From Candidatus Poribacteria bacterium (GTDB lineage Bacteria; Poribacteria; WGA-4E; WGA-3G): a DNA stretch of 64,000 nucleotides. The stretch covers positions 256,001 through 320,000 of the forward strand of contig CBDANF010000003.1 of the NCBI GenBank assembly GCA_965197475.1. Reading direction: 5' to 3'. How positions within the stretch are numbered: position 1 is the first letter of the stretch; each line of letters opens with the position of its first letter. Made by a program: the position numbers and the translations under genes. Under the pieces are notes generated by a model. That model made no database searches. It was not told the DNA's origin and saw nothing but the letters and a program-made list of their open reading frames with translations. Positions 21,001 through 29,068 of this stretch are shown here, piece by piece.

Positions 21001-21157
21001 AGGCATCCTGCGTAATTTCTTGTGCAATATGAAAATCTCCGATTTTCCGCCATGCAAGTGCGTGAATGCCCTTTTGGTATTTTTCAACAAGGGTAGTAAA
21101 TGCCGTTTGATCACCGTCCAATGTACGCTGAATCAGCTCAGTATCATTATTTTGCAT
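18056..21157 (-). CDS. ECF sigma factor fused via one TM helix to an extracytoplasmic BNR/Asp-box beta-propeller
   Basis: Sigma region 2 (AQEITQDAFLRAY), region 4 (LGVSPNTVKSRLNRAR), TM segment WVVSAASAILVFLLIGIG, repeated SxDxGxxW boxes. Confidence 0.88.
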   Translation of the reverse strand: MQNNDTELIQRTLDGDQTAFTTLVEKYQKGIHALAWRKIGDFHIAQEITQDAFLRAYERLRTLKDHNLFAGWVYVIASHLCTEWHRKKKLPIQSLETTDKMEIAQVSHSQYMAEKRDSESTEALREVVQKLLQKLPESERTVMMLHYLGEMTCETISKMLGVSPNTVKSRLNRARNRLRKEEAIIQENLSSFQLPTQLTENIMKEISRINPIVPSSSKPFLPWVVSAASAILVFLLIGIGVQHLSLFFQPYDFNAESMLTVEIVDTPVSVIRKIKPDQRNQLGNTDIPSKSQGTGEKTDMTEKVNLTDVFQTIETEVPLSTERWTQLDSPEAAKVSTLFATKTNDLYAMTSIGLYRMGDNSERWHLINNSLPTSETTTPIVEHNDILYIVTDEAVLTSEDRGKTWKSLCTHPKGQPIGLVVKDKAQGFIEFYLGLLQGMFFSDDAGVSWTPLNNGLASRKIYAVASNENTLFAGTDQGLFRFNLEPSSENGLDRSGVWEQLPVAESKSIHAFAVSEHRLYVVTGRLKIMTDTTLMEAVKTALSKQPLWAVFRSTDRGDSWTDITPKNAFEKNQKAANLMIAAAGKTVMLIGHDTLRSTDEGKTWIPIGNAVPSGSFPSQGAFAALKVKSSGESSHQQQSKNGKYQFYVGDHNGIRRSTDSGDSWKRFNTGLGGKIQNLTVFNNKLYAVADNQLVTSTDGGQSWKAIPVNSDDTNMTFYNRKLPLSKARIQQIARIQQITEADGILYAKGLIALQLNFFRLDEQSETLIPIQGVPALGRTDLIAAFMEAVQTSVEDDRKKEGNGENASNLQGKFLSMGANILGTFAVSVNTFYVEHGRKLLIWDSSSQVNNGTGWSDTKIEDTRDFADLTSFNSFKLGVSGDTVYVGKPDGVFLYSVDRGRNWKTVSLPIPVDSFKQILITDEAVYVATDKGALQSNDGANWNIITDSDGQQLIFDRFALDGPALYAVSSSKNAQGGVYRLTRADSTWERITPEIPDAATSIAVANGILYVGTENGGLQLIGLEDFSHIPLTKH

Positions 21158-21303
21158 AAAAGTGCTCCGGAGTGGTACCACTACTTAATATAAGTGACGA
21201 GTTTTAAATAAAAAAAGGTTGCATTATTTTTATGTGTTTTACAGAAAAACGAAAATTGGGGTATCAAAGAATAATATCTGACTTATGAGGTAGCTTGGAG
21301 GAA

Positions 21304-21400
21304 CTAATACCAAATTAACTTGATCCCACTCGGTAGGCGCGCTTTGTAAGCGCGCAGTCTGCCCAGAAAAACAAGACTAATCCCGTTAATTTGGTATTAG
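21304..21400. repeat. MITE/REP-like ~97-bp palindromic element, copy 2
   Basis: Perfect 16-bp terminal inverted repeat CTAATACCAAATTAAC/GTTAATTTGGTATTAG; homologous to 6183-6277. Confidence 0.8.
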
Positions 21401-21500
21401 CTGTTCTACGATTTGTACCCAAGTATGCTGTTTAGACGTTAAAATTACAGAGCAAGTTTTACCTTCAAAATTCGCAAAGAAAAATAGATGGAGTTTAAAA

Positions 21501-23435
21501 ATGCAATTGAAAACTCTCGTACTTATCAGTATTGTAGTGATTGTGTTAGGAAATGTTGTAGTTACGGAGGGGTCTTCTGGAATAGACCATCGCGATATCT
21601 TTGTTGGAGCGAGTGCGCGAGCGGTCGGTATGGGGAGTGCTTTCACCGCCGGTCCCTCAGCAAATAACGGGTTTTTGTGGAATCCCTCTTCGCTTGGATT
21701 TATGAACGGTTTGGAAGTAAACATGGGTGGGATTCCGTTTTCAGGTGAACCATCAGGACCGGATCAGGCACTTTCGTTAGCAGTGAGTCCTAACGCGCTT
21801 GGTTTAACCGATAAAAATGTGGGGAATCTGTCTGTAGCGTCTTGGTTTAACGGTTGGAACAATAATAACAGTGAGTCTACGCAGATAGTGCTTTTAGGGT
21901 ATGGCTTAGCATTAGGCGAACACGCATCAGCAGGTGCGAACTTACGCTACTATCAGAACAATACGTCAATCAGGACGAATTATCTCTTGAGTTTGGATAT
22001 CGGGATGCAATTTGCCTATCCGTTAGAAAAGTTAGGTGATTCGGTCACGGTAGGCATGAACCTGTCGGAGTTGAGCAATGGTATCCGGGAAAATGGCGCG
22101 CTTATTAAAAGTTTACCGTTAGCTGCACGTTTCGGGACGACGTATCGTCCGGACAGTGCGACTTTGTTATCAGCAGATATTGCTATCCGTGGACAAAATG
22201 ACGCGAGTTGGGGAGAACGGCTCCGCTTACACTTCGGTGCAGAACGTTGGTTGTTTAATAAACATTTTGGGATCCGCGTAGGATACACGGCACTAACCGA
22301 TGCGGAAAAATTCAGTGCCGGTCAATGGACACAAGGGATTAGTTTTCAGAACTCAGCTGGACAATTAGATTACGCTCATGTCAGAGGCGGTGAGTTAGAC
22401 CAAAGCTTACATTGGATTTCTGCAACGTTAAGGTGGGGTGGAAGAAAGAAGAATTCCACTCCTACGACAACGTCTCCCACTCCTATCACGGAGGCAAAAC
22501 CTAAAGAAACCCCTGAAACGGACGCAATACCGCGAATCCTGATGCCGAAAACACTTGATGCGGATGTAGAAGTTGATGTGCCTGCAGAAGAATTGCAACT
22601 CTCCGAAACTGCAATTTCACCTAATAGTGACGGCGTTGCGGATACTACAACATTCCGATTTAAGGTTGGAACGAATGATAAGTGGCGATTAACGCTCCGT
22701 GATGCGTATACCGAACAGGTTTGGGAAAAAACTGGAACAGGTTCACCATCGGAAGGTGTTGCGTGGAACGGAGTGGGAAGTGCTGGTGAATTGGTGCCTG
22801 ATGGGGACTACGTGGCGCAGCTACACATTTTTGATGCACAAGGGACACCCCATCTCAGAAGCAGCAAAAAGGTCACGATTGACCTAATTCCAGCGACGTT
22901 AGAAATCTCTAAGAAAGCACTGGGAACCGTCGGTGTGAAAACGTGGGACATCAACTCTATTGCTAATTGGAAACTTGAGATTTTTGATGCAAGTAATAAA
23001 TTAGTTGAAAAGAGCGAAGGTAAAGGTTCGCCACCAGAGGCGGTCATTTTAACTAAAGTGCCACAGTTGCCAGAAACAACTTATAGGTTCGCATTGAGTG
23101 TTCAAGATATAGCCGGTAATAAGAGCGTTCAGCAAACACAGTTGCAATTCGGCAGTGGAACTACTGACAACGGAACGCAGGCGGTAAATGAAAAACCTAA
23201 GTTAACGTTGATGGTTGGCTCGTTTGCTGAGCGGAGGAATGCCAATATGTTGTCAGAAAATCTACAACATTTATACCCGAATGAAAAGGTGAAGATATAC
23301 ACTGTGACAATTAATGAGAGAACAATGCATCGGGTAACAATAGGGGAATTCGCTGTGCGATCAGATGCATCGGGACTCAAGCAGCAAATTCAGGATTCCC
23401 AAGGCGTTGAGCCTGTCCTGATTACGCCTCAATAG
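21501..23435 (+). CDS. PorV/UPF0164-like outer-membrane barrel + FlgD-type Ig + SPOR domain protein
   Basis: GASARAVGMGSAFTA...WNPSSLG; ISPNSDGVAD...WNG...VPDGDY; C-terminal VGSFAERRNA...HRVTIGEF. Confidence 0.7.
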   Translation: MQLKTLVLISIVVIVLGNVVVTEGSSGIDHRDIFVGASARAVGMGSAFTAGPSANNGFLWNPSSLGFMNGLEVNMGGIPFSGEPSGPDQALSLAVSPNALGLTDKNVGNLSVASWFNGWNNNNSESTQIVLLGYGLALGEHASAGANLRYYQNNTSIRTNYLLSLDIGMQFAYPLEKLGDSVTVGMNLSELSNGIRENGALIKSLPLAARFGTTYRPDSATLLSADIAIRGQNDASWGERLRLHFGAERWLFNKHFGIRVGYTALTDAEKFSAGQWTQGISFQNSAGQLDYAHVRGGELDQSLHWISATLRWGGRKKNSTPTTTSPTPITEAKPKETPETDAIPRILMPKTLDADVEVDVPAEELQLSETAISPNSDGVADTTTFRFKVGTNDKWRLTLRDAYTEQVWEKTGTGSPSEGVAWNGVGSAGELVPDGDYVAQLHIFDAQGTPHLRSSKKVTIDLIPATLEISKKALGTVGVKTWDINSIANWKLEIFDASNKLVEKSEGKGSPPEAVILTKVPQLPETTYRFALSVQDIAGNKSVQQTQLQFGSGTTDNGTQAVNEKPKLTLMVGSFAERRNANMLSENLQHLYPNEKVKIYTVTINERTMHRVTIGEFAVRSDASGLKQQIQDSQGVEPVLITPQ

Positions 23436-23453
23436 CTGGTTTAGGAAAATTGC

Positions 23454-24293
23454 CTATATCCTATAGAATTCTAAAGCATTCTGGTAAAAGAATAGGTTTT
23501 TCTCTGCATCAGATGCGTCGTCAATAGTTGAGAGCAGGGCTTCTAACCACTCCTGATATTCGGCAGCTAAGGTGCAGACGGGCCAATCACTACCGAACAT
23601 AAGTCGGTCAAAGCCGAATATTTGGACGAGATGTCGGATGTAAGGTTTTAGTTCTTCAGATGTCCAGTTTTCGCTGGCAGTAGTTACGATACCTGATACT
23701 TTACAATGAACATTATCAAGGGCGGCGAGTTCGCGCATGTGGGTTGCCCACGGCTCAAATTCACCGTCTTTTATATTTGGACCGCCGCAGTGGTTAACAG
23801 CATGCATGATGTCGGGAGTGGCTTTAACTAATTCGATGGCGGCAGGAAGTTGGTCACGTTTAGCGCAAAGTTCAAAGGACAGATTATATTTCGCCAATAA
23901 TTTCACGCCATTGATCAGTTCGGGACTGGCATAGAAATGATTGTCCGGTAGATGCCATGCCATTCGACGGATACCCACAACGAGGTCAAACGCTGCGAGT
24001 TGTTCAAGGATAGATTCCGCGTTCGGCTTTTCGAGTGGTGCAGCAGCAGCAATTGCACCTATCATTCCATCTGTTTCTGCGATGTGGGTTAGCCATTCTA
24101 CTTCTTGGACGACGTGTGTTTCGGCAGGATCGCCTTCAACGTGAACCGATTTGACGACGTTAATATCACCAACAGCGTCACGATAATCATGAGGCGTATA
24201 TTGCTGACGAAGTAGATCAAATCCATCTAACCATGGGTATTCTAAATTGGAGGTATCCCAAAGGTGTTGGTGGGTGTCAATGATTTTAAGCAT
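23454..24293 (-). CDS. Amidohydrolase_2 family protein (L-fuconolactonase-like)
   Basis: IIDTHQHLW, NHCGGP, CKVSG, RLMFGSDWPV. Confidence 0.88.
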   Translation of the reverse strand: MLKIIDTHQHLWDTSNLEYPWLDGFDLLRQQYTPHDYRDAVGDINVVKSVHVEGDPAETHVVQEVEWLTHIAETDGMIGAIAAAAPLEKPNAESILEQLAAFDLVVGIRRMAWHLPDNHFYASPELINGVKLLAKYNLSFELCAKRDQLPAAIELVKATPDIMHAVNHCGGPNIKDGEFEPWATHMRELAALDNVHCKVSGIVTTASENWTSEELKPYIRHLVQIFGFDRLMFGSDWPVCTLAAEYQEWLEALLSTIDDASDAEKNLFFYQNALEFYRI

Positions 24294-24471
24294 GTGTGCC
24301 CTCAATTTTTCAAGAACGTGTATTTACTGTGGGTATTATACCATACAAAATAAGATTGTCAAAGAAAGTCGTAGAAACAGAACAGTCCAACCTTCCAAAA
24401 CAAAAGATTGTAAAATCTGCGGTTTTATGTTACTATGGTACGTAGAAAAATTCAACTATTGAAGGCTATAG

Positions 24472-25260
24472 ATGGTTGCCAACCGCAATTCTTTTCCTGC
24501 CTATTTTGCCCTATTTAAACTGACGCTCCGTCAACTATTTTGGAGTCGGCGAGGACTGCTGATTCTGATTGGGTGCGTGTTGCTGCTTGCCATCGCGATC
24601 GTGTTTCGGTTTAACGCACGAGGCACGGGCAGTGTCAACAGGTTTATTCCTTACATTACGTTTATAGGTTACGGGTTTTTGACGAATTTGTGTGCGATAT
24701 TTTACGGTTCCGCAATCGTCTCAGATGAAATTGATGGAAGAGGTTTGACATATCTCCAGATGCGGCCACTACAGAAATCGTTAATACTACTTACCAAATT
24801 CGCAGCTTACATGATAGGAACTGTTGTCCTCATTAGTCTATCTCACTTACTTCTAACCGGCATTATAGAGACACATCCGAAACTAAGGGATCGTGCGTTG
24901 GTGTTAGTTATGAGTTTTCGGTATACAGGTTCACTGTCGTTATCATTGTTAGCCTACGGAGCCTTCGCGGTACTTTTATCTGTTCGGTTTAAGCATCCGG
25001 TGCTATGGGGGTTGTTCATATTTGGTTGGGAGCGGATTACGACATTTCCTCCGATGCCGATGGGCATCAAGCGGATTGGTTTGTCACATTATCTTATAAC
25101 ACTGTTTCCAAATTTCAAATTACAGCGGAACATGCTTGATGATTTCATAGGTGAAACACCTCCCTCAGCGTGGGTGGCGGTGTTAGTGGTCTGCTTGCTA
25201 ACGGTAGGAGCAATATGGTTAGCTATTCGGATTTTTCAGGAGCGGGAGTATTTGATGTAG
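24472..25260 (+). CDS. ABC-2 type transporter permease
   Basis: About six TM segments; SDEIDGRGLTYLQMRPL and LLTKF motifs. Confidence 0.8.
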   Translation: MVANRNSFPAYFALFKLTLRQLFWSRRGLLILIGCVLLLAIAIVFRFNARGTGSVNRFIPYITFIGYGFLTNLCAIFYGSAIVSDEIDGRGLTYLQMRPLQKSLILLTKFAAYMIGTVVLISLSHLLLTGIIETHPKLRDRALVLVMSFRYTGSLSLSLLAYGAFAVLLSVRFKHPVLWGLFIFGWERITTFPPMPMGIKRIGLSHYLITLFPNFKLQRNMLDDFIGETPPSAWVAVLVVCLLTVGAIWLAIRIFQEREYLM

Positions 25261-25295
25261 AAACTCCGTGCCGAAATGAGTAAAACGTTAAAAAT

Positions 25296-26492
25296 TTAAG
25301 CAGAAAGCACCCGTGCAGTTTCACGTGATACGATAAGTTCCTCATTTGTGGAAACAACAAGAATCTTAGCACGACTGTTATCCGCAGATAGGTCGGCTTC
25401 TCCAGTTGATTTCTCATTTTTTTCAGCATCTAAATGGATACCGCACCATTCAAATCCTTCGCAGATTTTAGCGCGTGTCGTTGCGCTTTTCTCCCCGATA
25501 CCACCCGCAAAGGCGATGACATCAACCCCACCAAGTGCTGCTATATAAGCACCGATATACTTCTTCACACCGTAAACATAGGTCTCTAAGGCTAATCGCG
25601 CATTGTCGTTGCCAGCATCTATTGCTGTCTCCACATCACGCATATCACCGCTGGTGCCAGAGATACCTTTAACTCCCGATTCCTCAATCAATTGGCGGCG
25701 GATCTCGTCGGTAGAAAACCCCTCCTTGTCCATCAGATATAGTACAGCAAATGCATCCAAATCTCCGCAACGTGTGGATTGTATCATGCCGTATTGCGTT
25801 GATGCGCCCATTGAGGTATCAATAGACTTCCCGTCTTTGATGGCACAGATAGAGGAACTCCCGCCAAGGTGGCAGGAGATAATCCGAATCCCTTCTCCGG
25901 TTTTGTGACCGAGCATTTGCGGTACGCGTTCCGAAATGTAGCGGTGTGATGCACCGTGAAATCCGTATTTCCGAATGCCGTGTTTTTCTACCCAGAAACG
26001 TGGCACGCCGAATTCGTAGGCGTAATCCGGGATAGTTTGATGAAACCATGTCTCAAAAACAGCAACGAGCGGTGTTGTCGGGAGGAGTTCTTGAAAGGCA
26101 CGGATAGAAGCAATATAGGCAGGGTTGTGCATCGGTGCAAGCGGTGTAGATGCCTCCAGAGCTGCAATAACTTCTTCCGTAATTCGTGCTGAACGCCAGT
26201 ATCCTTTGGCGAGAATGGTTTTGAATCCGACTCCGTCCAATTGGTTGAGGTCTGTAAGACAACCGACTTTGGAATCGGTGATGAGTTGCATGGCGTGTGC
26301 AATCGCATCAATGTGTGATGGCGCATCAATTTCCCCTTCGCGGGACGGTTTTCCCGGTACTGCGTGTGTGAAGGCAGATGGCGAATTGCCGATACGTTCT
26401 ATACCTCCCTTGACAAGGGAGGCGGTTGTTTCCATATCAATGATTTGGTATTTGAACGAGGTGCTTCCTACGTTCACACAGAGTATACACAT
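25296..26492 (-). CDS. ackA: Acetate/propionate kinase family protein (divergent active site)
   Basis: NVGSTSFKY, LAPMHNP, KYGFHGASH, CHLGG, TRCGDLD, FAGGIGE, TNEEL; start taken at ATG 26492. Confidence 0.85.
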   Translation of the reverse strand: MCILCVNVGSTSFKYQIIDMETTASLVKGGIERIGNSPSAFTHAVPGKPSREGEIDAPSHIDAIAHAMQLITDSKVGCLTDLNQLDGVGFKTILAKGYWRSARITEEVIAALEASTPLAPMHNPAYIASIRAFQELLPTTPLVAVFETWFHQTIPDYAYEFGVPRFWVEKHGIRKYGFHGASHRYISERVPQMLGHKTGEGIRIISCHLGGSSSICAIKDGKSIDTSMGASTQYGMIQSTRCGDLDAFAVLYLMDKEGFSTDEIRRQLIEESGVKGISGTSGDMRDVETAIDAGNDNARLALETYVYGVKKYIGAYIAALGGVDVIAFAGGIGEKSATTRAKICEGFEWCGIHLDAEKNEKSTGEADLSADNSRAKILVVSTNEELIVSRETARVLSA

Positions 26493-26544
26493 GATGATCT
26501 TTCGTCTCTTTGAAGTGAATAGAATAGGCAAGTGAACGGCGGTG

Positions 26545-27303
26545 TTATATGCTAACCCCGCTATAAGCATACGGTAAGGCATCCCAAGTTCTGTTTTCTA
26601 AAAGTCTGCCATTCTGTTTTTTATTTAGACCACCCCACTGTTTAAAAAAGAAAGGGACTGAGGCTTCTTGACATTGGTCACGAATATCAATTATCCATTT
26701 TTCTTCAATAGGTCGCGCCCCGGGCCCGGATTCCCCACCGACAATAACCCAATCTATATGTGTTAAATTAAGGTTTTTGAGTTCACCTATAAGTGGTTCA
26801 AGAGACAAAAATTTGATTTTTGCAGCTGTTTTTCGCAAATCATCAATGCGAAATATATAGTCTTGATTTTCAACACTGACACCCATCCACACATTCTCAG
26901 GCCATTGTATCTCGGAACTGAGTTTAACCAAACGTTTTGATCGCTTTGTGAGTACTTGGAAATGATGTTGCTTAGCTTTACGCATTGTGTCAAAAACCTT
27001 TAGAATAAAATCCAATGGAACGTCATCATGGAATAAATCGCTCATAGAATTAACAAAAATCAACTGTGGTTTTTTCCATTTCAATGGCATATCAAGTAAT
27101 TCTGGAACAGGTTCTACCTTATTTGACCATCTTGGACCTGCTTTCGTCATTTTTGCAAATCCTTCATAAGCAAACCCCTTTTTTGAAAACCTTGCAGCGA
27201 TTCGTTCGGCATAACAAAACTTACACCCTTCAGAAACACGAGTACAACCTCTTACAGGATTCCAAGTTGATTGTGTCCACTCAATATTGGATTTAGTTGC
27301 CAT
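26545..27303 (-). CDS. DUF5131 / phage Gp37-Gp68 family three-Cys-motif (radical-SAM-like) protein
   Basis: SNIEWT..TWNP..GCTRVSEGCKFCYA, FVNSMSDLFH, WVIVGGESG, FFFKQWGG. Confidence 0.92.
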   Translation of the reverse strand: MATKSNIEWTQSTWNPVRGCTRVSEGCKFCYAERIAARFSKKGFAYEGFAKMTKAGPRWSNKVEPVPELLDMPLKWKKPQLIFVNSMSDLFHDDVPLDFILKVFDTMRKAKQHHFQVLTKRSKRLVKLSSEIQWPENVWMGVSVENQDYIFRIDDLRKTAAKIKFLSLEPLIGELKNLNLTHIDWVIVGGESGPGARPIEEKWIIDIRDQCQEASVPFFFKQWGGLNKKQNGRLLENRTWDALPYAYSGVSI

Positions 27304-27330
27304 TTTGAGGTGCCTCCTTAGGTAGCAACA

Positions 27331-28452
27331 TTACTCGTTTTTGGGTAGAAAAGTGACTTTGACTGTGTCGGCAAAAGTATTTTTTCGACGCTTGTTAGCG
27401 GGCGGATCCGTTTGGATCTTTCCCTGAGCCTCAAGTTTGGCAAGAATCTCTTTATAGTTCCCTGAAACATACCATGTGCCAACATTGTGCCGATCAAAAA
27501 TCTGCTGCATCGTCATCGTCCTACCTGCAAATTCTGTCAACAATATTTCAGCTAAATCGTCAAGAGGACGTGAATATCCAAATAAGAGGAGTTGTTTCTC
27601 AGTAGCAGGAGTATATTCAAATGAAGGCACACCTTGTTCGGAGTCCGAACTTTCTTGAGCCATGATATCCTTCATAATCTTATAACCTGTTTTATTCTTA
27701 GAAACGAAGATTAAATAGTGACTTGAACGTTTTCCATCTTCTTTTTTGAAACAAAATGGCAGAACGTACTCACCCGCTTTTTCTTTTAAAGCCTGACTAA
27801 TTGTCTCAATTATAGATAACTCCCGTTCGGCTGAACTCAAAGTTGTTGGGAGACTTCGGAGCTCATCTGCGCGTTCTTTACCGAATAGAGCATCTATATG
27901 TTTTTGAACAGATGGAATACTAATACTCCTATTAATACTATTATAGTTGAAGAAAAACATACAATCACACCCCCAGTTTTTGAGGGCTGAACTGATAAGT
28001 TCAAGGGAAAGTCCTTTGTATCCCCATGGATCCACAAAAAACAGTGCAGGCATTCCTTTTACAGTATCTAAAATCTGAACAGATACGTCCTCTTCACCCA
28101 TTTCCGAATTTGTAACGATAGGTTTGTTTTTGAGAGTGTCTATGCCTTCAATTAAGTTGATAGCATCTTCAAGACTTTTAGTATACTTAGGATTAGCATC
28201 GTTAAAAACACTAATGAGTCTGTCTCGTATTTTTTGATCGTGAATTGCTTTTTCAAGGACAAGAAGAGGAGTAGATTTCGATCCGTCAGCATATCTACCT
28301 GGACCGGCAAAAAAATCAACATAGCCAATTCTATTGATTTTATTTTTTGTGCCAATTATGACATTTGCCCATGCCCAGAAGTATTTCTCAACAATTCTTG
28401 CTTTAACCTGTGACTGTTCTTTGGATTCATCAAAAAAAGAACTATCTTGCAT
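27331..28452 (-). CDS. tcmP: Three-Cys-motif partner protein (SAM-dependent methyltransferase-like fold, possible C-terminal winged helix)
   Basis: YVDFFAGPG.Y, GS..TPL, FFVDPWGY; directly upstream of the DUF5131 gene as in the known pairing. Confidence 0.88.
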   Translation of the reverse strand: MQDSSFFDESKEQSQVKARIVEKYFWAWANVIIGTKNKINRIGYVDFFAGPGRYADGSKSTPLLVLEKAIHDQKIRDRLISVFNDANPKYTKSLEDAINLIEGIDTLKNKPIVTNSEMGEEDVSVQILDTVKGMPALFFVDPWGYKGLSLELISSALKNWGCDCMFFFNYNSINRSISIPSVQKHIDALFGKERADELRSLPTTLSSAERELSIIETISQALKEKAGEYVLPFCFKKEDGKRSSHYLIFVSKNKTGYKIMKDIMAQESSDSEQGVPSFEYTPATEKQLLLFGYSRPLDDLAEILLTEFAGRTMTMQQIFDRHNVGTWYVSGNYKEILAKLEAQGKIQTDPPANKRRKNTFADTVKVTFLPKNE

Positions 28453-28469
28453 AATCTCCCCTAATTATA

Positions 28470-28498
28470 ATAGTATCACACATGTATTATTTTGTCAA
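28470..28498 (-). promoter_or_regulatory. sigma70-like promoter for the tcmP-DUF5131 pair
   Basis: Minus strand TTGACA-N17-TACTAT. Confidence 0.55.
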
Positions 28499-28653
28499 AT
28501 TTTAATTAACTATCTACAAATTCAATCTTTCTTGTGTTGATTACTTAATACTCTCAAAGCAGTTTCAACTTCAGCTGCTAAGTCTTCAGCGGTGAGTTCA
28601 GCAAAAGGTGAAATGCCAGCAGCGGACATCAACTTGAAAACCTCTATCGTAAA

Positions 28654-28977
28654 TCATAAGTTTTCGCGTTCCTCAATAATGGCACGACTACCAAGATTGT
28701 CATCTGGTTTTATGCCATCTTCCAAGAGAAGCTGCTGAATTTCTTCTGCTGTGGGGATTGCGGTGTCGGCCTCCGGTTTTCTGAGTGCTTTTTCAATTGA
28801 AGGACGCAACCTCTCGTTCTGTGCATTGACCCTTGCAGATTGCGCTGCTGCGCTCTCTTCGGGAGGCAAAGATTTTATGAAAAACGGTTGAAGTTTTTCT
28901 AACTCCTTTTTCACTTCTGCTAACTCCCACTCAAGCTGCTCAATTTTTATAATAAGTTTGGTTATAGCGGGTATCAT
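28654..28977 (-). CDS. Small hypothetical protein, possibly antitoxin-like
   Basis: GAGGAG RBS; N-terminal coiled coil; C-terminal SRAIIEER resembles VapB-type antitoxin tails (inference). Confidence 0.55.
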   Translation of the reverse strand: MIPAITKLIIKIEQLEWELAEVKKELEKLQPFFIKSLPPEESAAAQSARVNAQNERLRPSIEKALRKPEADTAIPTAEEIQQLLLEDGIKPDDNLGSRAIIEERENL

Positions 28978-29068
28978 AGGTGTTCTCCTCTCTATCTGTT
29001 GCGCGTTTGCGCTATTAAAGGGCGGTTTTAGGACATCTATGGCCTTGACAAGTTCGTTTTGAAGGTAG

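Noticed and set aside
26493-26582. Apparent overlap of ackA with the DUF5131 gene
   Set aside because: It comes from the ORF track's longest-start choice; homology begins at ATG 26492
26545-27303. Prophage suggested by the Gp37/Gp68 family name
   Set aside because: No structural, terminase or integrase genes nearby; the family often occurs outside phages
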